Positions 18,297 through 25,258 of a stretch of DNA of 32,507 nucleotides are shown in pieces. The stretch lies in IMG/VR virus record IMGVR_UViG_3300005764_000053, positions 1-32,507 of that record. The stretch is one strand, 5' to 3'. Position 1 is the stretch's first letter. Every line of letters starts with the position of its first letter. Source of the stretch: a virus (taxonomy: Duplodnaviria; Caudoviricetes). The notes under the pieces are model-generated. The model saw nothing but the letters and a program-made list of their open reading frames with translations. It did no database searches and was not told the DNA's origin. A program made the position numbers and the translations under genes.

Positions 18297-18703
18297 GATC
18301 GGGTCCTCCGGATGAAGTGCCGGCTGTCACGCATCAGCGCGCGCCAGGCGACCGAGTCGCCCTCGAGCGGCAGATGGTATTTCGTGCGGAGGCGCACCGC
18401 CCGCTGCCGCGCGCGCGCCTCGCTCTCGGGGTGCACCGGGAAGGGCCGCACGAACTCGGCCCCGGTAATCAGGTCGAGGACGATCCAGCAGTCGGCGCGT
18501 TCGGTGCGCTGCTCGACGATCCCGGCGGCGCCCTCGACGGCGGCCGCCAGGGCCTCGACGCTGTCCTTTAGATCGGGATCGCCGACGAGCTGCTCGTACG
18601 CATGTTGTTCCTGCGCGGCGACGCGGCGCGCGGTCGCTTCGTCGACCTGGGCGGGCGACCCGCCCGTGTAGCGCGGGGCGACGTGGAAGTAGATGGCGCT
18701 CAT
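18293..18703 (-). CDS. Hypothetical protein
   Basis: ATG 18703 with GGAGG SD; in operon. Confidence 0.75.
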   Translation of the reverse strand: MSAIYFHVAPRYTGGSPAQVDEATARRVAAQEQHAYEQLVGDPDLKDSVEALAAAVEGAAGIVEQRTERADCWIVLDLITGAEFVRPFPVHPESEARARQRAVRLRTKYHLPLEGDSVAWRALMRDSRHFIRRTRS

Positions 18704-18717
18704 GGGGTCCTCCGTTC

Positions 18718-19341
18718 TCACAGAATCTCGAGCGCCAGCGTGATCAGGCGGGCGCGGTCTGGCCCCAGGGCCTCGGCGATCGCCGCCTCGCTGAGCGCGC
18801 TGTACCCGATCCGGATGTCGACGGCGAGACTGCGGCCGCCGATCTCCGCGAGTTCCTTCCATTCCGATCCGTTCCACCGTTCGATCCGCCCGTAGGCCTG
18901 GGAGCTGTACGAGTCGGTGCGGATGTGGACGCGCAGTTTGTGGACCGTGCTCGGTCCGGCGGCGAGCGTCAGGTGCTCCCAGTACTCGAGGCTCTGGTGC
19001 GACCGCCCGGCGCCCTCGATCCGGATCGACGTGCTGACGAGCCCCTGGCTGGCCTCGGCCGCGCGTTTGTCACTCTCGCTCAGAGGGGCGTCGGGCTGTC
19101 GGCGCGCGCTCCGCGCGAATCCGAAGATCGTCGCCGTGAGGCGCGGGTCCTCGAGGTTGTGCATTTGGAGGCCGTGGTCGCGCGCGAGCTCGGCCAGTTG
19201 GAGGAGTGTCGCGGCGTCGGCGCCGCGGATCGTGAGGCCGCGGTCCTCTGGCGTCGCGGTGGCGGTGATCGAGTGGCGCTGCAGGATCGTGAGGAAGTCC
19301 TCGCGGGTCGGTTTGATCGTCGTCGTGCGGTGCTTTGTCAT
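18718..19341 (-). CDS. Hypothetical protein
   Basis: ATG 19341 with GGAGG SD; C-terminal DSY..QAY.RIERWNG.EW segment. Confidence 0.78.
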   Translation of the reverse strand: MTKHRTTTIKPTREDFLTILQRHSITATATPEDRGLTIRGADAATLLQLAELARDHGLQMHNLEDPRLTATIFGFARSARRQPDAPLSESDKRAAEASQGLVSTSIRIEGAGRSHQSLEYWEHLTLAAGPSTVHKLRVHIRTDSYSSQAYGRIERWNGSEWKELAEIGGRSLAVDIRIGYSALSEAAIAEALGPDRARLITLALEIL

Positions 19342-19366
19342 GGTGCTTGGTCCTCCGGGAGCGGCG

Positions 19367-19388
19367 GCGAGGGCCCGAAGGCCCCCGC
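19367..19388 (-). other. C(UUCG)G-capped GC-rich RNA hairpin in an intergenic leader
   Basis: Minus strand GCGGGGGCC-TTCG-GGCCCTCGC; no U-tract follows. Confidence 0.55.
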
Positions 19389-19418
19389 GCCTCGTTTCGC
19401 TCACCGCCCTTACGCGGT

Positions 19419-20132
19419 CTAGTAGGCGGCCGCGGTCGGCTTGAAGGGTTCGAGGGCGGGATCGCTGGCGGCCGCCGGCGCCGGCGCGTCGACGGGGGTC
19501 AGGTCGCGCTCGCGCCAGGTCCGGACCCGCTCCCGCTGCCAGGCGATGTAGCGGCGCAGGCTATCGGCCTCGGGGGCGAGCCACTTGGCGTACGCCTGGT
19601 TGGCGGCCGTGCAGACCTCGACGAGCGTTTTGTCGTACTGGTAGCCGATTTCGTCCTCGTCGGGGACCTCGACGTAGGGGGGGTGCAGCGGCGCGCCGGG
19701 GACCTGGGGTGTCGTGTCGCGCTGCCACTTCGTGTCGCCGGTCCGGTAGAACTTTTTGTAGCTCCCGCTGCCGTCGTGGAAGAGGACCGTTTCCTCGCGG
19801 ACCGTGCAGAGCTGCCACTTCGCGACCCGGCTGCCCTGGTAGGACCGCGGGTTCGCCTGGCGCGTGTAGAACCAGGCCTCGGGCCCGGGCGCCGGCGCGT
19901 TGAGGTCGGCGCGGAAGGCCTCGAGCGCCTCGAGGTCGTGCTCGGCCTCGCGGATGAACTGCGCGATCAGCTCGCAGGATTTCTCGAAGGGTTGGTGCCG
20001 CGCGCCGCGGCAGGTCCCGGCGAAGTAGCCGTGCTTGACGTTGTAGCCGTGCAGGCTGAGTTTGCCCTTGGGCAGCATCTGGCGGTGGCCGCAGGCCTGG
20101 CAGCTGCCTTGGTGAGTGGCTTTGGTGCTCAT
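19419..20132 (-). CDS. Hypothetical phage protein with putative Zn site
   Basis: GSCQACG...LSLHGY.V..GYF.GTC.G pattern; GGAGG SD. Confidence 0.8.
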   Translation of the reverse strand: MSTKATHQGSCQACGHRQMLPKGKLSLHGYNVKHGYFAGTCRGARHQPFEKSCELIAQFIREAEHDLEALEAFRADLNAPAPGPEAWFYTRQANPRSYQGSRVAKWQLCTVREETVLFHDGSGSYKKFYRTGDTKWQRDTTPQVPGAPLHPPYVEVPDEDEIGYQYDKTLVEVCTAANQAYAKWLAPEADSLRRYIAWQRERVRTWRERDLTPVDAPAPAAASDPALEPFKPTAAAY

Positions 20133-20158
20133 GGTCGTCCTCCGTTCCTGATGGCGGG

Positions 20159-20632
20159 TTAGCGGCGGTCCGCGGCGCGGCGCTCGATCGTCTCGAGGAT
20201 GCGGGCGGCGCGCGGGCCGTAGTTCGTGATCCCGTCCGCGCGCAGCGCGCGGGCCAGGTCGATCAGGTCGGCGATGTCCTCCCCTTCGCAGGCGCCGGCG
20301 AGGTAGGCGCCGTCGAGGCTGGCCGGCGCCGCGGCCGGTTTGAGCTCGCGGCGGGCCGCGGCGATCAGCTTCTCGAGGCTGCCGACGTGGCCGCTCTTGA
20401 CGTAGTTGAGGAAGTCAGCGAGGGTCGTGCCGTGGTTCCGGCTGGCGCCGTCCGCGGCCCATCGGGTGTGCTTGCTCATCAGGACCCAGTGGGCCTCGTC
20501 GGCGTCCGCGCCCGCCTCGAGGAGGGCCCGGGCGATCCCGATCCAGGCCGCGGGCGTGTAGCGGCTGCAGCTGTAGGCGTCCTCGGTGGCGGCGGCGATC
20601 TGCTTGGCGGTGGCGGTCTGGTTGGTTGTCAT
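20159..20632 (-). CDS. Hypothetical protein, first gene of the leftward operon
   Basis: GGAGG SD and a strong promoter directly upstream. Confidence 0.8.
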   Translation of the reverse strand: MTTNQTATAKQIAAATEDAYSCSRYTPAAWIGIARALLEAGADADEAHWVLMSKHTRWAADGASRNHGTTLADFLNYVKSGHVGSLEKLIAAARRELKPAAAPASLDGAYLAGACEGEDIADLIDLARALRADGITNYGPRAARILETIERRAADRR

Positions 20633-20649
20633 CTCTGTCCTCCGTCATT

Positions 20650-20678
20650 ATCCTAAGCGGTCCGGTTTCCTCTGTCAA
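20650..20678 (-). promoter_or_regulatory. Sigma70-type leftward promoter TTGACA-N17-TAGGAT
   Basis: Consensus -35, 17-bp spacer and TAnnnT -10; the spacer contains AACCGGACCGCT. Confidence 0.8.
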
Positions 20679-20850
20679 CGACAATCGACGGCCAGGGCGC
20701 AGAAAGATCGGGCCCCTGGGCCGGCCCTGGGGTGTCCTCCAAAGGGGCCAGGCCTGGCCGGCCGGCGGGGGCCTCGAGCCGGGCCCTGGGGCGCTCCCCT
20801 GCCGCCCGCCTGGGGCCCTGAAACTTTTTTCCCTGCCTCTCACTATTCCC

Positions 20851-20879
20851 TTGCTTTACCGGAGCGGTCCGGTTAATCT
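20851..20879 (+). promoter_or_regulatory. Sigma70-type rightward promoter TTGCTT-N17-TAATCT with palindromic spacer; probably leaderless
   Basis: Spacer contains ACCGGA-GCGG-TCCGGT; ATG lies 6 nt after the -10; T-rich tract upstream. Confidence 0.72.
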
Positions 20880-20885
20880 GTACCC

Positions 20886-21035
20886 ATGATGAAGCACGCA
20901 CTGATTGGGTTGGCGTTCGCGGCGCTCTCGTTTTTGTCCGTCTCGGTCGAGGCCTCGCATGCGCTGCACGAGCTCCCCCACGCGATTCACGAATTGTTCG
21001 AGCACAAGCACCGCGCGCACGCGGTGCGGCACTGA
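20886..21035 (+). CDS. Small secreted His-rich peptide (49 aa; not in ORF track)
   Basis: MMKHALIGLAFAALSFLSVSVEA|SHALHELPHAIHELFEHKHRAHAVRH*; Sec-type signal with a V-E-A cleavage motif; the stop abuts the SD of the next gene. Confidence 0.72.
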   Translation: MMKHALIGLAFAALSFLSVSVEASHALHELPHAIHELFEHKHRAHAVRH

Positions 21036-21045
21036 GGAGGGCATC

Positions 21046-21270
21046 ATGGCGAACGTCGTTCTGTCGTATCCCCATCGCACCGCGGACGGATCGGTCGCCG
21101 CGTGCCCGCGCTGCGGCGGCGCGCTCGAGGTCGTGACCGAGGGCGCGATCGGCGAGGAGGTCATGCCGGGATTCGCGATCGAGGGCCGCCTCGAGTTCCG
21201 CGTCGGGCCGGCGGCGTTCGTGGCGTGCTCGGCGTGCGAGTTCTGCGCGCGCCTCGGGAGGCGGTCGTGA
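21046..21270 (+). CDS. Zinc-ribbon protein
   Basis: GAGGAGG SD; CPRC...CSACEFC. Confidence 0.75.
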   Translation: MANVVLSYPHRTADGSVAACPRCGGALEVVTEGAIGEEVMPGFAIEGRLEFRVGPAAFVACSACEFCARLGRRS

Positions 21271-21272
21271 CG

Positions 21273-21356
21273 ATGAAAGCGCGGCCGACCCGCATCCCGC
21301 TCCACCGAGTGTTTTTCACGCTCGCGACGCTCACCCGTCGCGGGCCGCGGTACTGA
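21273..21356 (+). CDS. Putative micropeptide (27 aa)
   Basis: MKARPTRIPLHRVFFTLATLTRRGPRY fills the operon gap; GGAGG upstream; alternative GTG start at 21267. Confidence 0.4.
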   Translation: MKARPTRIPLHRVFFTLATLTRRGPRY

Positions 21357-21366
21357 GGAGGGTGTG

Positions 21367-21591
21367 ATGGCTGTCACCAAGGTCGTGTTCGAGACGTCGG
21401 CGTTCATCCTGGCCCACGGCCGATCGCCGCGGGGCCGCGGCTCCTGGGGGTTCTGCCCCTCGTCGGTGTACGACCGGGCGAACTACCTCGAGTCGGTCTT
21501 TTGGTTCACCGGGCTGTTCACCGAGGCCCGCGCCGCGGCGCGGACCCACTTCGCCGCCAAGGGCGTGCGGCGCGTCACGGTCTGTTCCTGA
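21367..21591 (+). CDS. Hypothetical phage protein
   Basis: GAGGAGG SD; HGRSPRGRGSW.F motif. Confidence 0.75.
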   Translation: MAVTKVVFETSAFILAHGRSPRGRGSWGFCPSSVYDRANYLESVFWFTGLFTEARAAARTHFAAKGVRRVTVCS

Positions 21592-21603
21592 AGGGAGCGT
21601 GTC

Positions 21604-21921
21604 ATGGCGACCCACGAACAGGAAATCCTGCGGTGCGCGCGGGCGATCGCGCGGCTGCAGACGCAGGCGCGGAAGTTCCGGCGCCAACTCAAACAGGCGG
21701 CCGCCGATCTCCGGATCGAGCGGAAGCACATGCGCGCGTTGCTCGCGCTGCGCGCCGCCGAACCGAACGTCGTCCCGTCGCGGTTGTTCGGCGACGGAGT
21801 CGGGCACCTGGTTCCGCTCGAGCCGCCGCCGGCCGAGCCTGAACCGTTCTGCGAGGCCTGCCAGCAGCACCGGCCGTGTTCCTGCGACGACCTGCTGGCC
21901 GATCGACCTGGGAGGGCGTGA
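21604..21921 (+). CDS. Coiled-coil protein with C-terminal Cys/His cluster
   Basis: AAGGGAG SD; CEACQQHRPCSC. Confidence 0.72.
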   Translation: MATHEQEILRCARAIARLQTQARKFRRQLKQAAADLRIERKHMRALLALRAAEPNVVPSRLFGDGVGHLVPLEPPPAEPEPFCEACQQHRPCSCDDLLADRPGRA

Positions 21922-22091
21922 TGGACGCGCTCGCCTGGGCCACAGTCGCTGCCGCCGGCCTCGCGATCGCCGGCGGCCTAGTGTTCGTCCTGGTGGCCGC
22001 GACGTCGCGCACGCCGCTCGATCTCGGCGTCGACGACGACCATCCCGACGACGTGGCGGCGCCGGCGCGCCGCGGAAGGAGGACCGCATGA
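21921..22091 (+). CDS. Small single-pass membrane protein
   Basis: TGATG coupling; hydrophobic N-terminus followed by an acidic then basic tail. Confidence 0.62.
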   Translation: MDALAWATVAAAGLAIAGGLVFVLVAATSRTPLDLGVDDDHPDDVAAPARRGRRTA

Positions 22092-22108
22092 TCTGAGGCC
22101 CTGGGGTG

Positions 22109-22150
22109 TGGTAGCGTTTTCAGCTTTTTCGTTTTTCTTTTTTCGGAGGA
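22109..22150 (+). promoter_or_regulatory. Extended -10 (TGGTAGCGT), U-rich leader and GGAGG SD for the beta-barrel gene
   Basis: T-rich tract at 22117-22143 stands out in GC-rich DNA. Confidence 0.5.
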
Positions 22151-22157
22151 CACGACC

Positions 22158-22925
22158 ATGCGACACGCAATCACTTCGGCGGCGGCGGCAGCTCTCATTC
22201 TTCTCGCGGCGGGTGGCGCCGAGGCGCAACCGCGCGAACACGGGTGGATCGACGTGGACGTCGCGCGCGTGCAATCGGGCCAGGACGCACAGGTGTCGAC
22301 GTTCACCAGTCCACTGTTCCTCGAGACGGCCGCGGCGGCCGCGGCGTATCCCGCGCTGCCGGCGGCGACCGGCCTCGAGCTCGCCGGCGGGGTCGGGATC
22401 TGGCGCGGTCTGGGTGTCGGCGTGCACGTGAACGCGATCGACTACACCAGTGTGGTCGGCCTCGCGGTCACCATCCCGAGCCCGTATTTCTTCAGTAACG
22501 CCGCGACGGATGCGACCGTCACCGACTCGGCGCTCGATCGGAAGGAGCGGTCGGTCGACGTCAATATCTCGTACGCGGTGCCGCTGTCGAACCGCGTGAC
22601 GCTGCGCGTGTACGGCGGGCCGACCTACTTCTCGGTCGAGAACGAGATGGTGGAGGTGATTCACTACAACCAGCTCGCGAGTCGGCTGGTGCGGCTCAAC
22701 GTGGTCGACATCACGTCGTTCAGCACCGAACGGCGGAACGCGTCGGCCTGGGGCGTCAACGGCGGCATCGACGCGGCGGTGTTTTTCACGTCGCACATCG
22801 GCGCCGGCGGCGGCGTGCGCGTGAATCACGGGATGGTCACGGTCGCCGATCCGTTGAACGGCGACCAGACCGATCTCACGGTCGGCCATGTCGTGCTCCA
22901 CGGCGGTCTGCGGCTGCGGTTCTGA
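22158..22925 (+). CDS. Outer-membrane beta-barrel protein
   Basis: Signal peptide ending AEA; alternating hydrophobic beta-strands; C-terminal GLRLRF BAM-type signal with terminal Phe. Confidence 0.85.
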   Translation: MRHAITSAAAAALILLAAGGAEAQPREHGWIDVDVARVQSGQDAQVSTFTSPLFLETAAAAAAYPALPAATGLELAGGVGIWRGLGVGVHVNAIDYTSVVGLAVTIPSPYFFSNAATDATVTDSALDRKERSVDVNISYAVPLSNRVTLRVYGGPTYFSVENEMVEVIHYNQLASRLVRLNVVDITSFSTERRNASAWGVNGGIDAAVFFTSHIGAGGGVRVNHGMVTVADPLNGDQTDLTVGHVVLHGGLRLRF

Positions 22926-22980
22926 CGGGCCTGTGGGGGGTGGGTCGGGCCCCATCCCCCGCGCCCCGCGCCGGCGCCGG

Positions 22981-23009
22981 GTGACGCCCCGGGCCGCGCG
23001 TGCTACACT
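22981..23009 (+). promoter_or_regulatory. Sigma70-type promoter GTGACG-N17-TACACT with extended TG
   Basis: 17-bp spacer and TGC-TACACT; preceded by a GC hairpin at about 22936-22960. Confidence 0.65.
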
Positions 23010-23045
23010 CGGCGTCTGGAGGGAACCCGAGCGGTTCAGAACCCT

Positions 23046-23291
23046 ATGGCCAATACCACTTCGGTAAAAAAGAATCGGGCGGCGCAGGCCCTGGGCCGCC
23101 TCGGCGGGCGCGCGAACACCCCGGCCCAGATGCGCGCCCGGCAGCAGAACGCGCGGCGGGGCGGGCGGCCGCGGCGGGTGTGCGCCGATTGCGGGCAGCC
23201 GGTCAACGGCGGCCACCAGGACCCAACGTTGAACGCGACCTGCAGCGGGCATGAATGGCGATGGGATGCTCCGCGGTCCCGGAATGCCTGA
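23046..23291 (+). CDS. Small basic phage protein (AALGRLGG/GGRPR type) with CxxC
   Basis: AAQALGRLGG..NTPAQ..AR..NA..GGRPR; CADC..H..C. Confidence 0.72.
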   Translation: MANTTSVKKNRAAQALGRLGGRANTPAQMRARQQNARRGGRPRRVCADCGQPVNGGHQDPTLNATCSGHEWRWDAPRSRNA

Positions 23292-23411
23292 GCCCTATTC
23301 GGAGGCGGGGCGGCCGCATGCCGCCCGCCTCGACCTGCACGCCCACGCCCCACCCCGCTGCCGCGCTCCCCGTCCGACCGTTCCCGTCAACTTCCCCATC
23401 CTGGAGTTGTC

Positions 23412-23690
23412 ATGGATCTGCAATCGTTGATTCTGAAATTGAACGCCATCGACCGGGCCGTCCGCGCGCTCGACCCCGAGGAGCGGACGGTCCTGGTGCA
23501 GTTGCTCGCGCCGCGGGCGAACGGGACCGCGACGCTACGCGCGACCCTGCCGGTCGTGCCCGAGGCGCCCGGGCGGCGCCGGCGGCGGGTCGGCCTGCAT
23601 TGGACGCAACAGCCCAAGAACCGCGCGCGCGTGATGCGCCTCGCCCGGCAGCGGGCGCGGCACCGCAAGGCTCAGGCCGTCGCCGGGTGA
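23412..23690 (+). CDS. Basic hypothetical protein, possibly nucleic-acid binding
   Basis: GGAG SD; helical N-terminus, linker and Arg-rich HWTQQPKNRAR C-terminus. Confidence 0.7.
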   Translation: MDLQSLILKLNAIDRAVRALDPEERTVLVQLLAPRANGTATLRATLPVVPEAPGRRRRRVGLHWTQQPKNRARVMRLARQRARHRKAQAVAG

Positions 23691-23697
23691 CGATCCG

Positions 23698-23886
23698 ATG
23701 GGCCTGGTGACCTACCTCTCGATCGGTCTGGCCGTCGTCGTGGCGACGCGGATCTACATCGCCGCGCGCGGCCTCACCATCGAGGGCGAGCACTGGTGGC
23801 ACGCCATCACGGGCGTGCTGCTCTGGCCGCTGGCGCTGGTGAAGCTGTTCGGGCCCGCGATCCGGGAAGTCTTTCGTCGGCGTTGA
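23698..23886 (+). CDS. Small two-helix membrane protein
   Basis: Two hydrophobic segments, LLWPL motif and basic C-terminus. Confidence 0.7.
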   Translation: MGLVTYLSIGLAVVVATRIYIAARGLTIEGEHWWHAITGVLLWPLALVKLFGPAIREVFRRR

Positions 23887-23889
23887 CGA

Positions 23890-23941
23890 GGCGACGGGGT
23901 GCCGGCGTCGCTGTCCATCCTTTCCCGGCGCTGAAGGAGGG
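23890..23941 (+). promoter_or_regulatory. Structured 5' leader, copy 1 (hairpin, pseudoknot and anti-SD)
   Basis: GCGACG/CGTCGC stem; loop GGTGCCGG pairs with CCGGCGCT at 23925-23932; CCATCC is complementary to SD GGAGGG at 5 of 6 positions. Confidence 0.6.
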
Positions 23942-23948
23942 TTCGTGT

Positions 23949-24101
23949 ATGTGGGGGTTCATCGCGTGGCTGATTGCCTGGTTCGGCGGCGGCGACGGTC
24001 CGTCGACCAATGCCCAGGGCGATTTCGGCGGGAACGGCAGCCTGCATCACGGCGCGCGCGGCCGCGGCGGGCGGGTTCGTGATCGGAGCTATCACCGCTA
24101 G
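23949..24101 (+). CDS. Micropeptide A (50 aa)
   Basis: MWGFIAWLIAWFGGGDGPSTNAQGDFGGNGSLHHGARGRGGRVRDRSYHR*; AAGGAGG SD; paralogue downstream. Confidence 0.8.
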   Translation: MWGFIAWLIAWFGGGDGPSTNAQGDFGGNGSLHHGARGRGGRVRDRSYHR

Positions 24102-24123
24102 GCCGGGGTTCCCATCCCCGGGG

Positions 24124-24177
24124 GGGCGACGTCGCGGCCGGCGTCGCCCGCCATCCGACCCCGGCCGCGGAGGAGGG
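24124..24177 (+). promoter_or_regulatory. Structured 5' leader, copy 2
   Basis: GGGCGACG/CGTCGCCC stem; loop TCGCGGCCGG pairs with CCGGCCGCGG at 24161-24170; CCATCC; AGGAGGG SD. Confidence 0.6.
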
Positions 24178-24184
24178 TGTGTGT

Positions 24185-24313
24185 ATGTGGGGATTCTTCG
24201 ACTGGTTGCTCTCGTACCTGTACGGCGGCGGCGATTTCACCGGCAACAGCAGTCTGCACCACGGCGAGCGGGGGCGGTTCGGGCGCGTCCGCGATCGCTG
24301 GTATCACCGATGA
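24185..24313 (+). CDS. Micropeptide B (42 aa; not in ORF track), paralogue of A
   Basis: MWGFFDWLLSYLYGGGDFTGNSSLHHGERGRFGRVRDRWYHR*; several differences from A are synonymous. Confidence 0.8.
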   Translation: MWGFFDWLLSYLYGGGDFTGNSSLHHGERGRFGRVRDRWYHR

Positions 24314-24804
24314 GAGCGCGGATCGTCAACCTGCGCTTTCCGAGCGTCGAGGCGGCCCGGCTCACGGTGCTGGCCGCTCTGAGCAGCTGCCGCGTGACCG
24401 ATCGGGGGGTCCTCGTCGCGATCGACGTGCCCCGCGTGCGCGGCGGCCGGTGGCCCGAGGGGCCGCTGCCGATTCGCGGCCTGGGCGACCAGGCCGGCAC
24501 CGCGAGCGAGTATCGCCTCGACCGCGCCGCCCGGCGGATCGATCGCACGTATCGGGTCGCGCCGCGGCGCGGGCTGGTGCGCGTGCTCGATCTCCGGTAT
24601 CCCGACCAGGCGTCCGTGCACCTGGCGCTGCAGCTCGCGCTCGACTCGATGACCCGCACGCCGGACGGCGGCGCGGTCGTCGCGATCGACGTGCCGATGA
24701 TGACCGCGGAGGAGCGGCCGCATCCCTGGCTGAATCGGCCGCCCGAGATTCGCTACTACCGGCGCGATCTGCAGCCGGCGATGGCGATCGAGGTCATCCC
24801 GTAA
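24310..24804 (+). CDS. Hypothetical protein with internal two-fold repeat
   Basis: ATGA-coupled to peptide B; RIVNLRFP...GVLVAIDVP is repeated as RVLDLRYP...GAVVAIDVP. Confidence 0.75.
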   Translation: MRARIVNLRFPSVEAARLTVLAALSSCRVTDRGVLVAIDVPRVRGGRWPEGPLPIRGLGDQAGTASEYRLDRAARRIDRTYRVAPRRGLVRVLDLRYPDQASVHLALQLALDSMTRTPDGGAVVAIDVPMMTAEERPHPWLNRPPEIRYYRRDLQPAMAIEVIP

Positions 24805-24857
24805 TTCGGGTCGGCGGGCCGGCGATCGTCCAGTCGAGGTCGCCGGCGCCGCCGCTC

Positions 24858-24872
24858 TGGTATCCTGCCCCG
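24858..24872 (+). promoter_or_regulatory. Extended -10 TGG-TATCCT 6 nt before an ATG (leaderless)
   Basis: No SD; preceded by a GC hairpin at about 24813-24853. Confidence 0.6.
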
Positions 24873-25106
24873 ATGAAAGTGACGCTCGAGAGCACGACGA
24901 AGATCGTCCAGGTCGTGATCGACGGCCAGATGGTGCCGGCGCGGATCTGGGAAGGGACGACGGCCGCTGGCGTCCCGTGTCACGCGTACATCACGCGGAT
25001 CGCCGTCGCGCAGGGCCTCGACGCGGGCGAGTTCGATCGCGAGCTCGAGGAGCATCGGCCCGCGTCACCCGCGCTCGACGTCATCCCGCGGCGGTTGGTG
25101 TTCTGA
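24873..25106 (+). CDS. Hypothetical phage protein
   Basis: MKVTLESTTKIV...VPARIWEG.T..GVPCHAYITRIAV. Confidence 0.78.
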   Translation: MKVTLESTTKIVQVVIDGQMVPARIWEGTTAAGVPCHAYITRIAVAQGLDAGEFDRELEEHRPASPALDVIPRRLVF

Positions 25107-25123
25107 ACCCCAGGAGGCCTGCC

Positions 25124-25258
25124 ATGTCTGTTGCCATCGTGCTGGTCCTCGCGGCGTTTTTGATGACGATCGTCGCGGCGATGGGCCGCTGCCCACTCTG
25201 GGTGCCGGTGCTGCTCTTGACGGTCGTCCACCTGGTCGGCCTGTTTCCCGCGCGCTAA
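25124..25258 (+). CDS. Small hydrophobic membrane peptide (44 aa)
   Basis: AGGAGG SD; two hydrophobic segments around GRCPLWVPV. Confidence 0.7.
   Translation: MSVAIVLVLAAFLMTIVAAMGRCPLWVPVLLLTVVHLVGLFPAR

Noticed and set aside
23890-24180. Match of the peptide leaders to known riboswitches or ribozymes (guanidine-III, SAM-II, SAM/SAH, ZTP, HDV-like)
   Set aside because: The conserved core nucleotides of those classes, as I recall them, are absent; kept as an unassigned motif pending an Rfam search.
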